NCBI RefSeq assembly: GCF_001194135.2 | Contig: NC_068982.1 | Coordinates: 64,991,839 to 65,055,838, forward strand | Source: Octopus bimaculoides | Lineage: Eukaryota | Direction: 5' to 3' | DNA: 64,000 bases | In this document: positions 37,399 to 49,520 of the stretch, piece after piece | Numbering within the stretch: position 1 is the stretch's first letter | Layout of the letters: each line of letters begins with the position of its first letter | The notes under the pieces: model-generated | Seen by the model: the letters and a program-made list of their open reading frames with translations, nothing else | Database searches by the model: none | What the model was told of the DNA's origin: nothing | Program-made: the position numbers and the translations under genes

Positions 37399-39525
37399 GT
37401 GAGTATTAATCTCAAAGAAGACACGTACATGTACATAAAATACATCCTGCACATACATACATACAAACACAGTTATACATTCAGATACACACACATGTGC
37501 ACGTGCGTTTACTCTTGTTCATAAACATATCCATGCATACACATTAACACATACATACACACTTAATCACATACACACTTAATCACATACATACACTCCA
37601 AGGGCAATCTTGAATCATTGAACTTTTTCCACAATGTTCAACTCCCCTTCCCTCTTTAATAGTCTTTGATCCTTAGAACTCAGAACAGCTTCCAACCAAA
37701 TCTCCCTTTAAATATCCTGTTGCATTCTCAAACTTCTGATATGTCTTGTGATTGATGATGATGATGATGATGATGAAGGTAGTGATGAGATGGGGACAGT
37801 GGAGGTTGTGGCTATGCTGGATGAGGATGTGATGCTGATAAAGAAGATGACTGACAAAAATGATGATGGTCCTTTTGATGACAAAGATGATCATGATGGC
37901 AATAAAATGGACAAATTTGATAATGATGAAGGTGGTGCTGGTGGTAGTGGTGTCACAAAGATTGAGATGATGGGGATGCTGGTTGTAGAGGCATTATGAA
38001 GATGATAGTGATCATGATGCTTATCATGATGGTGACATTAATAGTGACAATACCATTGCTACCATTATTGAAGATGATGGTTGTGTTGGTGGTGATGATG
38101 ATAAAACACTTATATTGCTACATTTTCCTACCATAAACACTTTTCCATCATAAAATGCAGCAACAGTTTTTATAGTTTTTAATTCTCTCTTCATTGAAGA
38201 AGTTTTTTTTTTATCATTTTTTTTTTTTCACAACAAACTAAATATTTTAATTCTTCAAATTATTTTTTTCCTGTGATTTCCTTCCTACAAATATCTTTCT
38301 TAACTTCCAACAAAAATCCAATGCTTCAACAAACCCCCCCCCTCCCCTCAAAAACATAAAAAATGCCACCATTAACCACTCACCACCATATACACTATTA
38401 ACACTTAAGGCATCACCCAAACACATCACCACCCACTCATCATCACATTCACCTTTCAGAGTGGCACACACCACCATCAACACATACATCACTATCACCA
38501 GTAGCTTCACTATCAGCATCTCCACTTCACACCACTTTCTAACTCTACATCTACACACCNNNNNNNNNNNNNNNNNNNNNNNNNNNNNNNNNNNNNNNNN
38601 NNNNNNNNNNNNNNNNNNNNNNNNNNNNNNNNNNNNNNNNNNNNNNNNNNNNNNNNNNNNNNNNNNNNNNNNNNNNNNNNNNNNNNNNNNNNNNNNNNNN
38701 NNNNNNNNNNNNNNNNNNNNNNNNNNNNNNNNNNNNNNNNNNNNNNNNNNNNNNNNNNNNNNNNNNNNNNNNNNNNNNNNNNNNNNACACTTCGTGGCTA
38801 CAAAAACAATAAAATATGGAACATGAAATATAAGACCTTTCTACCCCCCTCTCTTTCTCTCATGCCGTATCTATCACTGCATGTCTTAATTAATCCGCAC
38901 TTAGTTTATATTAGAGAAGCTTACCCAGTTAAAGGACCATGCTGAAGATTGGGTTATTCAACCAGAACAGGGAGAGAGTTGAAATAGAGATATGAGAGAG
39001 GGAGAGAGAGAGAGAGAGAGAGAGAGGCAAGAGAGAGAGAGGCAATAGAGAGTGAGGAGGGAGTAGAGAGGAGAGGTTGAAAGATAAAGAGAGGGGGAGA
39101 TGAGAGTAGAGAAAGGGATAAAAAGGATAAAGAGAGTGACACAAACACACACAGAAACAGTGTGTGTATGTGTGTGTGTATGAAACAGGGTGACTCATGA
39201 TTTTCAAATAACCTGGTTCTACATCATAAATAACAATGCACTAAACTTCAAAGTGCATGTGTGAATGTGTGTGTATGAATAATATATATATATATATACA
39301 TGCATATATATATATGTATATAAATTTATGTATGTGTAAATGTATTGCATGCAATGAAAATAATCATGAACATTATATTAATATAAACATACATATACCA
39401 GCTCTTTAGATATATATATGTTGACACATGCATGTATGTATAAGCATTATATAGAGTAAATTATATAGTAAAAATATAAAAAAACATAATTTTATATATG
39501 GCAAAAACATAATGTAATATACCTT

Positions 39526-39559
<34 letters not shown>

Positions 39560-40124
39560 TAATGAAAACATAAGTTAATGTTTCTTCCATTAGTTTCACT
39601 CATACATATTCCAGTTGTTCAATCAACTAAACTCTACTAGCTCATTCTATGAGGATGTTAAGTGACAAGTAATACAAATATTTATATTTTTAATGAAATC
39701 CTTAGGTAGAGTCAACAGTAGACATGTGTGAAAAGGCTGAACCCTTATGAACTACAGTTACAGTCTAGCTGACAGATTTCCTGAGTTTCCATCTACCAAA
39801 TTTCACTCATGAAGTTAGGTTGACAATTGATGGAAGGAAGATATCTGTCCAAGATATCATGCAGTAGGATCAAATTTGGGACCCCCAGCAAATTCTTAGC
39901 CACTCTAACACACACGTGTCCAGATTGAAAGAGAATACAGATGGATAGATAAATGGACATAGCATACATACTATGATGCATTTCAAAATAAACTCAAATT
40001 TTAACCAAAATTGCATAAATTTAACTTCACTTCTGGCTTTCATTGCTGTCCTTTACTAGACTCATATGTCTGCTTTCTGTCTCCTCTTTTAACCTTTTTC
40101 TGACAAGTTGCAAAGCAGCTGAGT

Positions 40125-40504
40125 TGTTGACACTCCATCGCTTACAACTTCGAGGGTTCCAGTTGATCAGATCAACGGAACAGCCTGCTTGTGAAATTAA
40201 CGTGCAAGTAGCTGAGCACTCCACAGACACGTGTACCCTTAACGTAGTTCTCGGGGATATTCAGCGTGACACATTGTGACAAGGCTGACTCTTTGAATTA
40301 CAGGCACAACAAAAACAGGAAGTAAGAGTGAGAGACAGTTGTGGTGAAAGAGTACAGCAGGGTTCACCACCATCCCCTGCCGGAGCCTTTTGGAGCTTTA
40401 GGTGTTTTCACTCAATAAACACTCACAACGCCCAGTCTGGGAATCGAAACTGCGATCCTATGACTGCGAGTCCGCTGCCCTAACCACTGAGCCATTGCGC
40501 CTCC
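40125..40504 (-). mobile_element. Young tRNA-derived SINE
   Basis: Head GGAGGCGCAATGGCTCAGTGGTTAGGGCAGCGG..GTTTCGATTCCC and a 14-bp TSD CAAAGCAGCTGAGT (40111-40124, 40505-40518). Confidence 0.92.
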
Positions 40505-41407
40505 CAAAGCAGCTGAGTACTGCATACAATAAGCTCATAGTTATTAAGGTAGTGAGCTGGTAGAATTGTTAGCCTAAAACAAGATGCTTTGTGGCATTTC
40601 CTATGACTTTACATTCCAAGTTCAAATTCCGCCAAAGTCAACTATGCCTTTCATCTTTTCAGGATTGATAAAGTAAATACTGGTTGAGCAGCATGGAGTC
40701 AGTGTAATCAACTAGACCCTTTCTCCAAAATTTCAAGTCATGTGCCAGAGCTAGCAGAATCATTAGTACACCAGGCAAAATGCCTAGCAGTATTTTGTCT
40801 GTCTTCGCATTCAGAGTTCAAATTCCACTTTGCCTTTCATCCTTTCAGGGTCGGTAAAATAAGTGCCAGATGAAGACTGGGGTTGATACAATCGACTTAA
40901 CCCCTCCCCCAAATTGCTGGCCTTGTGCCAAAATTTGAAACCATTATTATTAAATATACTGAATAGTCATACATAACTGCTGTTTTAATAAATTTCATTG
41001 TAGACAGAAAAAGAGAGTTCAGCTGAACCAGTTCTAATCAGGCAAAATAACATTTTCTGTATAGCTTCTGCCTACCAATTTTATTCAGGCAAGAGTTGGT
41101 GACAGGAAAGGCATCCAGCCATAGAATATCTGTCTTAATGACTTGGAAGCATGTACTAATTCTTTTAGGTGCCTACATAGTCATGAGGAGACATAGACAC
41201 TCTCACAACCTGCCCACTATTGACCCAGTAAAACACTGAAGATGTGACACGCGGAGGGAGAGGGGGGCTTGGCTGGTACTCATTTTCAGCTGAGTTGATT
41301 GGAGCAGTATGTCATATGAAATACTTTACTCAAAGGCATAACCTGCCTCCCTTTCCAGGAATTGAACCCACAACCTCTATAATTGTGAGCTCATCACCTT
41401 AACCCTA

Positions 41408-41675
41408 GACTCTCTCTCTCTCTCTCTTTACTCTTTTACTTGTTTCAGTCATTTGACTGTGGCCATGCTGGAGCACTGCCTTTAGTCGAGAAAATCGACC
41501 CCAGGACTTATTCTTTGTAAGCCTAGTACTTATTCTATCGGTCTCTTTTTGCCAAACCACTAAGTTACGGGGACGTAAGCACACCAGCATCGGTTGTCAA
41601 GCGATGGTGGGGGGACAAACACAAAGACACAAATACACATACATATATATATATGGGAGAATATACAAATAATAT

Positions 41676-41730
<55 letters not shown>

Positions 41731-41893
41731 GACGGGCTTCTTTCAGTTCCCGTCTACCAAATCCACTCACAAGGCTTTGGTTGGCCCGAGGCTATAGTAG
41801 AAGACACTTGCCCAAGGTGCCACACAGTGGGACTGAACCCGGAACCATGTGGTTGGTAAGCAAGCTACTTACCACACAGCCACTCCTGTGCCT
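41408..41893 (-). mobile_element. Well-preserved copy of the abundant tRNA-SINE
   Basis: CpG-rich, with tRNA-like head AGGAGTGGCTGTGTGGTAAG..GGTTCCGGGTTCAGTCCC, an internal (TA)n and a (GA)n tail. Confidence 0.9.
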
Positions 41894-42629
41894 ATGCACT
41901 TTTATCTATATATTTTTTATTACTAGTTAGATGGTGGCCATGCTGGAGGCTGCCTTGAAGGGTTTAGCTCAGTGGTTTTCAAATAGGGTCCATGTAAGTA
42001 TTTTGGGGTCCATACAACATAATTGTAAACTGGGAATCCACAATAGTATTTTAAGGGCTCCTGAAAAATTTTTGCTACCTAGACAAGTTAATGTGTAAAA
42101 AGCAAAATAGGAATTTTGTATGAAGTTTCTATAAAACTAGTTTATAAACATTGAATTGGTCCACCAGAATAAAACTGTAATCAAAGGGGTTTAGCTGAAC
42201 AATTCGACCGCAGTACTTATTTTTAAGTTTGGTACTTAGTTTATCAGTCTCTTTCATTGAACAGCTAGGTTATGGGGATGTATACAAACCAACACTGGTT
42301 GTCAAGCGGTGTGGGAAACAAATACACACACACACACACATATGATGGGCTTCCATACAGTTATCAAATTCACTCACAAGGCATTGATTGCCCCAGCGCT
42401 ATAGTAGGAGATACCCAAGGTGCCATGCAGTAGGACTGAACCCAAAACTATATGGTTACAAAGTAAACTTCATAACCACACACTCATGTTACATATTTGA
42501 AGTAATCATAGAAAAATTATTAATATTTTGAGTTCTTCATTACAATTGTTTCAATGGATATTGAGTCCTAGTTTGCATGGTAACATGTCGTGTGTATATG
42601 CTTAATGATGTGAAGCATATCGTAAAGTA

Positions 42630-43014
42630 TTTGTTGTTGGCACTCCGTCGCTTACAACGTCGAGGGTTCCAGTTGATCCGATCAATGGAACAGCCTGCTC
42701 ATGAAATTAACATGCAAGTGGCTGAGCACTCCAAAGACACGTGTACCCTTAACATAGTTCTCGGGGATATTCAGCATGACACAGTGTGACAAGGCTGACC
42801 CTTTGAATTACAGGCACAACAGAAACAGGAAGTAAGAGTGAGAGAAAGTTGTGGTGAAAGAGTACAGCAGGGTTCGCCACCATCCCCTGCCGGAGCCTCG
42901 TGGAGCTTTAGGTGTTTTCGCTCAATAAACACTCACAATACCCGGTCTGAGAATCGAAACCGCGATCCTATGACTGCGAGTCCGCTGCCCTAACCACTGG
43001 GCCATTGCGCCTCC
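42630..43014 (-). mobile_element. Young tRNA-derived SINE
   Basis: 11-bp TSD ATCGTAAAGTA (42619-42629, 43015-43025). Confidence 0.92.
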
Positions 43015-43765
43015 ATCGTAAAGTACACATACACACAAACATGCACAAACACACTGATACACATGCACACATCATACTCACATGCATGTCTGTCTCATAT
43101 ATAATTCAACTAAAAGATTATCTAGCTATTGAAATTTATAAATATACATGTGTATGTGTGTGTGTGTGTAAGTGTGAATAAAAGAGAAAGAGAGAAGAGT
43201 GAGTGAAAAAGAGAGAGTAGGAGAGAGTGAGCAAGATACTTTAGTTGTATAAGTAAGCATGCAGACATATTTAACCCTTTTATATATGCATGTAAAATAT
43301 ATATAATCAATATTAACCATAGTTTTAGGTTAGCAGTGGTGACTAAGGGGATCAGAAATGGAATTGAATGCATTATAGTATTTACAGTTTTAAATTCAAA
43401 CCCCCATCAGTATTAGCTTTGCTGGTTAGTTATGACTGTTGACACCTCTTAATTGCAATACCTTCCTTCATTCATATTTTTTGGTGGTAAGGGAGAGGGG
43501 CAAAAACAAAAACAGCAAAAACTTATTTTTAATGCATTGGTGCCTAACCCAAATTATAGAAAGGACCAGATATTATTGTCAAGATTGAGATATGACTGAA
43601 TCCAAAGGCACAATTTCCAGTAATCTGTGTTGACTAGAATATTTAAAAAATGTCTAGAGAGAGATAAAAAAAATTGTTATTGTCAAGACTGAGGAACAAT
43701 TGAATCCTTAGACTCAATCTTAAATAATGTGACTACACTAAAAAATTTCTTTTTAATGTATACAG

Positions 43766-43818
43766 TGATGCTGAGGCCCAAAATTGGAGTATATATAACA
43801 TAATGGACTTTCTGAACA
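43766..43818 (+). CDS. Candidate exon DAEAQNWSIYNIMDFLN (alternative donor after 43822)
   Basis: Acceptor tttctttttaatgtatacag; donors ACA|gtaggt or AG|gttagt; open frame. Confidence 0.3.
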
Positions 43819-44068
43819 GTAGGTTAGTTCTGCTACACGTATTTTCTAAGTGTTTCCACTGGCCTTACAATTTTTTATACCACTACAGCAGTTTCTAACC
43901 CTCAGAACTAACTAGCTGCATACCGCATGTATTTCCGCATTCATCTCTCCTCTAATCAGCTACAGCATCTTTTCCCTGCCACCCCCTCAAAAATCTTCAC
44001 TATAAATATTTTACCCAATCAATTCTAGTATTCTTTTTCCATTATATGTGTGTATATAGATAACCAGT

Positions 44069-44397
44069 GGAGGCTCAATGGCCCAGTGGTTAGGGAAGCG
44101 GACTCGCGGTCATAGGATCACAGTTTTGATTCCCAGACCAGGTGTTGTGAGTGTTTATTGAACGAAAACACCTAAAGCTCTACGAGGCTCCAGCAGGGGA
44201 TGGTGGCAAACCCTGCTGTACTCTTCCACCACAACTTTCTCTCACTCTTGCTTCCTGTTCCTGTTTCTGTTGTGCCTGTAATTCAAAGGGTCAGCCTTGT
44301 CACACTGTATCACACTGAATATCCCCGAGAACTACGTTAAGGGTACACGTGTCTGTGGAGTGCTCAGCCACTTGCACGTTAATTTCACGAGCAGGCT
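44069..44397 (+). mobile_element. Young tRNA-derived SINE running into an assembly gap
   Basis: Reverse complement of 42630-43014; N-run at 44398-45080. Confidence 0.9.
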
Positions 44398-45080
44398 NNN
44401 NNNNNNNNNNNNNNNNNNNNNNNNNNNNNNNNNNNNNNNNNNNNNNNNNNNNNNNNNNNNNNNNNNNNNNNNNNNNNNNNNNNNNNNNNNNNNNNNNNNN
44501 NNNNNNNNNNNNNNNNNNNNNNNNNNNNNNNNNNNNNNNNNNNNNNNNNNNNNNNNNNNNNNNNNNNNNNNNNNNNNNNNNNNNNNNNNNNNNNNNNNNN
44601 NNNNNNNNNNNNNNNNNNNNNNNNNNNNNNNNNNNNNNNNNNNNNNNNNNNNNNNNNNNNNNNNNNNNNNNNNNNNNNNNNNNNNNNNNNNNNNNNNNNN
44701 NNNNNNNNNNNNNNNNNNNNNNNNNNNNNNNNNNNNNNNNNNNNNNNNNNNNNNNNNNNNNNNNNNNNNNNNNNNNNNNNNNNNNNNNNNNNNNNNNNNN
44801 NNNNNNNNNNNNNNNNNNNNNNNNNNNNNNNNNNNNNNNNNNNNNNNNNNNNNNNNNNNNNNNNNNNNNNNNNNNNNNNNNNNNNNNNNNNNNNNNNNNN
44901 NNNNNNNNNNNNNNNNNNNNNNNNNNNNNNNNNNNNNNNNNNNNNNNNNNNNNNNNNNNNNNNNNNNNNNNNNNNNNNNNNNNNNNNNNNNNNNNNNNNN
45001 NNNNNNNNNNNNNNNNNNNNNNNNNNNNNNNNNNNNNNNNNNNNNNNNNNNNNNNNNNNNNNNNNNNNNNNNNNNNNNNN
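44398..45080. other. Assembly gap (largest of 11 N-runs)
   Basis: Other gaps: 15633-15732, 21254-21268, 29151-29202, 35260-35269, 38560-38786, 51980-51988, 55742-55751, 57172-57639, 59941-59950, 62051-62217. Confidence 1.
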
Positions 45081-46021
45081 TAGTGACATTCATTTCTAAT
45101 ATTCGGCTGTTGCCAGTACCGCCTGACTGGCTTTCATGCCGGTGGCACATAAAAGCACCCACTACACTCTCTGAGTGGTTGGCATTAGCAAAGGCATCCA
45201 GGTGTAGAAACTCTGCCAAATCAGATTGGAGCCTGGTGTAGCCATCTGGTTTCACCAGTCCTCAGTCAAATCGTCCAATCCATGCTAGCATGGAAAGCGG
45301 ACGTTAAACGACGATGTGAAACATCTGGTCATAGAGAAATATTACCTAACATGGCCACAGAAAAGCATTCAGTCAGAAAATCTGTCTCAACAAATTCTGT
45401 CCAACTTGCTGATCACAATGGGCTTCCTCATATTCTTGTAACTCTTCAAATGATGCAACCATGCTGGAATTGCTATCTTTCATTTACTAGATATATAATT
45501 AAAATAAAATTCAAGTTCTGGCTCTATCAATCTCTGATTCATGAAAAGATACATGAATATTAGGGACTATTCACATCTATATATGTTGTCTCCTACAATC
45601 ATTGGCCTTGTGTCTAATAAAAGGCATCAATACTAAGGGTAGAATAAAGGTGGTGAGGTGGCAGAATAGTTAGCATGCCAGGTGAAATGCTTAGCAGCAT
45701 TTCATCCATCTTCACATCTGGCAGTCAAATTCTGCTGAGCTTGACTTTGTCTTTCGTCCTTTTGGAATCAATAAAATCCATACCAGTTGAGCACTGGAGT
45801 TGATCTAATCAACTTATCCCCTCCCACCAAATTACTGGCCTTGTGCCAAAATTTGAAATCAATACCATGGATAGAATGTTAGATTGGTAGACTTGTTAAA
45901 TGCCTTGTAATATGTAATTAAGTATATGTCCTGAGTTCAAATCCCACTGGGGTAAATATAACAAAGGACCAGTCAAAATTCAGGAGCTGACTATTTTTCT
46001 CTCACAAGTTTAAGTCTTTGT

Positions 46022-46397
46022 GTCGGCACTCCGTCGCTTACGACGTCGAGGGTTCCAGTTGATCCGATCAACGGAACAGCCTGCTCGTGAAATTAACATG
46101 CAAGTGGCTGAGCACTCCACAGACACGTGTACCCTTAACGTAGTTCTCGGAGATATTCAGCGTGACAGTGTGACAAGGCTGACCCTTTGAATTACAGGCA
46201 CAACAGAAACAGGAAGTAAGAGTGAGAGAAAGTTGTGGTGAAAGAGTACAGCAGGGTTCGCCACCATCCCCTGCTGAGCCTCGTGGAGATTTAGGTGTTT
46301 TCGCTCAATAAACACTCACAACGCCCAGTCTAAGAATCGAAACCGCGGTCCTATGACTGCGAATCCGCTGCCCTAACCACTGGGCTATTGCGCCTCC
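46022..46397 (-). mobile_element. Young tRNA-derived SINE
   Basis: 12-bp TSD TTAAGTCTTTGT (46010-46021, 46400-46411); most CpGs retained. Confidence 0.92.
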
Positions 46398-46678
46398 ACT
46401 TAAGTCTTTGTACCTATGTTAGAAATCAATAAATGATGTTAAGAATGCTAGGGTTGCAGAAACAGTCAAGTGCAAGACAAAATACTTTGTTGTATTTAGG
46501 TGTGACCCTTTATACTTTGAGTGCAAATCATTGCAAAGGTCATTTAGAATTTTCAGCTTGCATGGTCAACAAGATATATATCAATCTAGTACTGGGGTCA
46601 ATTAACCCTTTGCTTGTCTTCTTTTTATCACATGTAATACACAAAGTATATTTCTCTGGCATCATGGTCATCATCATC

Positions 46679-46915
46679 ATTTAGCATCTGCTTTCCATGC
46701 TGGCATGGGTTAGATGGCTTGACTGAAACTGGCAAGCTGGAGCACCGCACCAGGTTCCAATCTGATATGGCATGGTTTCTATGGTTGGATGCCCTTCCTA
46801 ATGCTAATCTCTCCAAGAGATTACCATATCAGATTGGAACCTGGTGCAGTGCTCCAGCTTGCCAGTTTCAGTCAAGCCATCTAACCCATGCCAGTATGGA
46901 AAGCAGATGCTAAAT
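46679..46915. repeat. 92-bp foldback inverted repeat inside an RTE-tailed SINE
   Basis: Arms 46679-46770 and 46824-46915 match at 90/92 positions; the spacer is 53 nt. Confidence 0.95.
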
Positions 46916-47264
46916 AGATGCTTTTTACATGCTACCAGCACAAGTGCTAATTACTTGACATGAGCATCAGCCATAACTATGATTTTACTTGGCTTGACAT
47001 GTCTTCCCAAGCACAGCATCACACCAAAGGTCTTGCTCACTTGTCATTAACTCTGTGAGGTCCAACATTCTAAGATCATGCTTCACCATCTCATCACATG
47101 TTTTCCTGTGTTTTCCTGGGTCTACCTCTTTCACAGGTTCCCCACACATCAATTTTTTTCAGCCATCAGTGTAACTTAGGACTTATGAAAGGAAAGCATG
47201 ATATTACTCAAGATAACTGAAACAAGCACTAAACAAAAATTGGAAAACAAGCAAGGACACTTAA

Positions 47265-47450
47265 TCCTTTAGAATTCAAACTGGCCACATCCAGCCCAAA
47301 ATGTTCTACCTGTTTTATGTCAAAACTGGCCAGTTCTGGCCTCTCACACCTATCTGATAATGTCATTCAAATCATAAACAATCACATCCTAATTAATTCA
47401 AAAGAATGTGAATGAATATGCATAGCATTTGACAAAGTAATCTGAATGGG
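47265..47450. mobile_element. piggyBac-type MITE (older copy)
   Basis: TTAA at 47261-47264 and 47451-47454; body similar to 7746-7939. Confidence 0.75.
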
Positions 47451-47592
47451 TTAAGGCAAATTTATGAAAATACTTTGGACAGGCCAAGTGGCCTAATTAT
47501 CTCTCTCAAAAGTCTGTGACCATGTTATCAATGATTGATAAAGGCATGACTGTCACAACAAACCACATTCTCTCATAAAATTTTATTACTAC

Positions 47593-48726
47593 CATTATAA
47601 CAAACTTCTGTTTAACTACTGCTATCATTCCTACCTTCATTACCATCACTACTATGACAAGCTGTTTCCACACTCATCACCATCACCACAAGCACTATCA
47701 CCGCTTTGATGATCATCTTTTATCTTTTATTTGTTTCAGTCATTTGACTGTGGCCATGCTGGAGCACTGTCTCGAAGGGTTTTAGTTGAAAAAAATTAAC
47801 CGCAGGACATTTATTTTTAAGCCTAGTACGATCGAAAACATTGTAAATAAAGATATAGTATATCTCTCACTTCAACGACCTGTTATATCACCCACATAAA
47901 AAAACTGGTGACTTTCTGATGTGATGTCGTAGATAAACCACCACATCATAAAATTGGGGATTTAGTAAAAACTACATAAAATTTTATATAGAATATAAAC
48001 AGTTTATTATACAAATTTTAATAACAGAAATAAATTCAACAAGTTGAAAGAAATGAGAAGTAAAAGGAATTAAGTTTCTACATTAATTTATTATATACTT
48101 TTTTGGCATTTATAGTACATTTAGAAATAAAGTCATTTCATCGTAGAGAATTACCACTTAAATTTTATACTAACAAATCTTTCATTCTAGCTATAAGACT
48201 TCACAACAATTCAATATTGTTGGATTTGAGTATTGAACATGGCATAAATATTAGCCAATACTCAAAAGGGTGAGTGTCGTGGATTTGAGTGGTATCCAAT
48301 GATCACTGGAATGTTTACCGAAAATCAGGGTTTATATAACTGTTCATACACGAATCCTTGTAAAAGACTTCTTCAACGAAGTTCAGAATTCGTATATGGG
48401 CAGTAATTTTCAATCAATGAGAATTCCATAATTTCTCATGTTCGGGCAAACGAACTTACGTTCTCTCTCCACCTCTTATGAGTTTGCCACACTATCATTA
48501 TAACAAACTTCTGTTTAACTACTGCTATTATTCCTACCTTCATTACCATCACTACTATGACAAGCTGTTTCCACACTTATCACCATCACCACAAGCACTA
48601 TCACCGCTTTGATTATCATCTTTTATTTGTTTCAGTCATTTGACTGTGGCCATGCTGGAGCAGTGTCTCGAAGGGTTTTAGTTGAAAAAAAATTAACCGC
48701 AGGACATTTATTTTTAAGCCTAGTAC
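47593..48726. repeat. ~235-bp direct duplication (47593-47829, 48496-48726) flanking a 666-bp unique segment
   Basis: The copies differ by a few substitutions and one ~6-bp indel. Confidence 0.92.
48191..48269 (+). CDS. Candidate exon (T)IRLHNNSILLDLSIEHGINISQYSK(G)
   Basis: Acceptor tctttcattctag, donor AGG|gtgagt, open in phase 1 to 2. Confidence 0.3.
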
Positions 48727-49025
48727 TGATTCGATCATTCCTTTTTGCTGAGCTGCCAGGTTATGGGAATGTAAACACACCAATACTAGTAGTCAAGCGG
48801 TGGGGCGGGGGGACAAACACAGACACAACGACACACATGCACACACACTCATTCTTTTATTCGTTGACTGGTTTCAGTCATTTGATTGTGGCCATGCTGG
48901 AGCACCACCTTGAAGTGATTTTGTTGAACAGTTTGACTCCAGGACTTATTTTTTAAGCCTAGTACTTATTCTATCGGTCTCTTTGCTGAACCGATAAGTT
49001 GCAGAGATGTAAACACATTAACACT

Positions 49026-49101
49026 GGTTGACAAGCCATGATGGGGTTGACAAGTCATGATGGGGTTGACAAGTCATGATGGGGTTGACAAGCCATGATG
49101 G
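49026..49101. repeat. Tandem repeat (GGTTGACAAGYCATGATGG)x4 within a SINE
   Basis: Four 19-mers counted directly. Confidence 0.92.
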
Positions 49102-49141
49102 GGGGACAAACACAGACACAAAGACACACATAGATATACAT

Positions 49142-49173
<32 letters not shown>

Positions 49174-49239
49174 CACACAGCTATGTCTGCACCTATTGTC
49201 AATATGATCAGCATCAAACTTTCCATAAATGCTTTTCAC

Positions 49240-49520
49240 CACCACCACCACCTACCATCCACACCATCACCAACATTATTCCACAACCGTCACCACTCCT
49301 ATACCATTACGAACATCACTTACTACTACTACCACCACCTTCATACCATTGCTACGACCAACACTGTTATACCACCACCACCCACACCATTACCAACATA
49401 ACTCCACAACCATCACCATTCCTATACCATTACAAATATCACTTACTACTGCTACCACCACCACCCCCATACCATTGCTACGACCAACACTATTATACCA
49501 TTTCCATTATACCCATCTCC
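49240..49520. repeat. (CAC)-rich ~120-bp unit duplicated in tandem
   Basis: CCTATACCATTAC..ATCACTTACTACT..ATACCATTGCTACGACCAACACT occurs twice. Confidence 0.75.

Noticed and set aside
37748-37999. Acidic D/G-rich ORF
   Set aside because: It is a decayed (GAT)n/(GGT)n tract with no splice support.
44297-45255. 230-314 aa ORFs (also 56967-57827 and 38461-38826)
   Set aside because: They are open only because they span N gaps.
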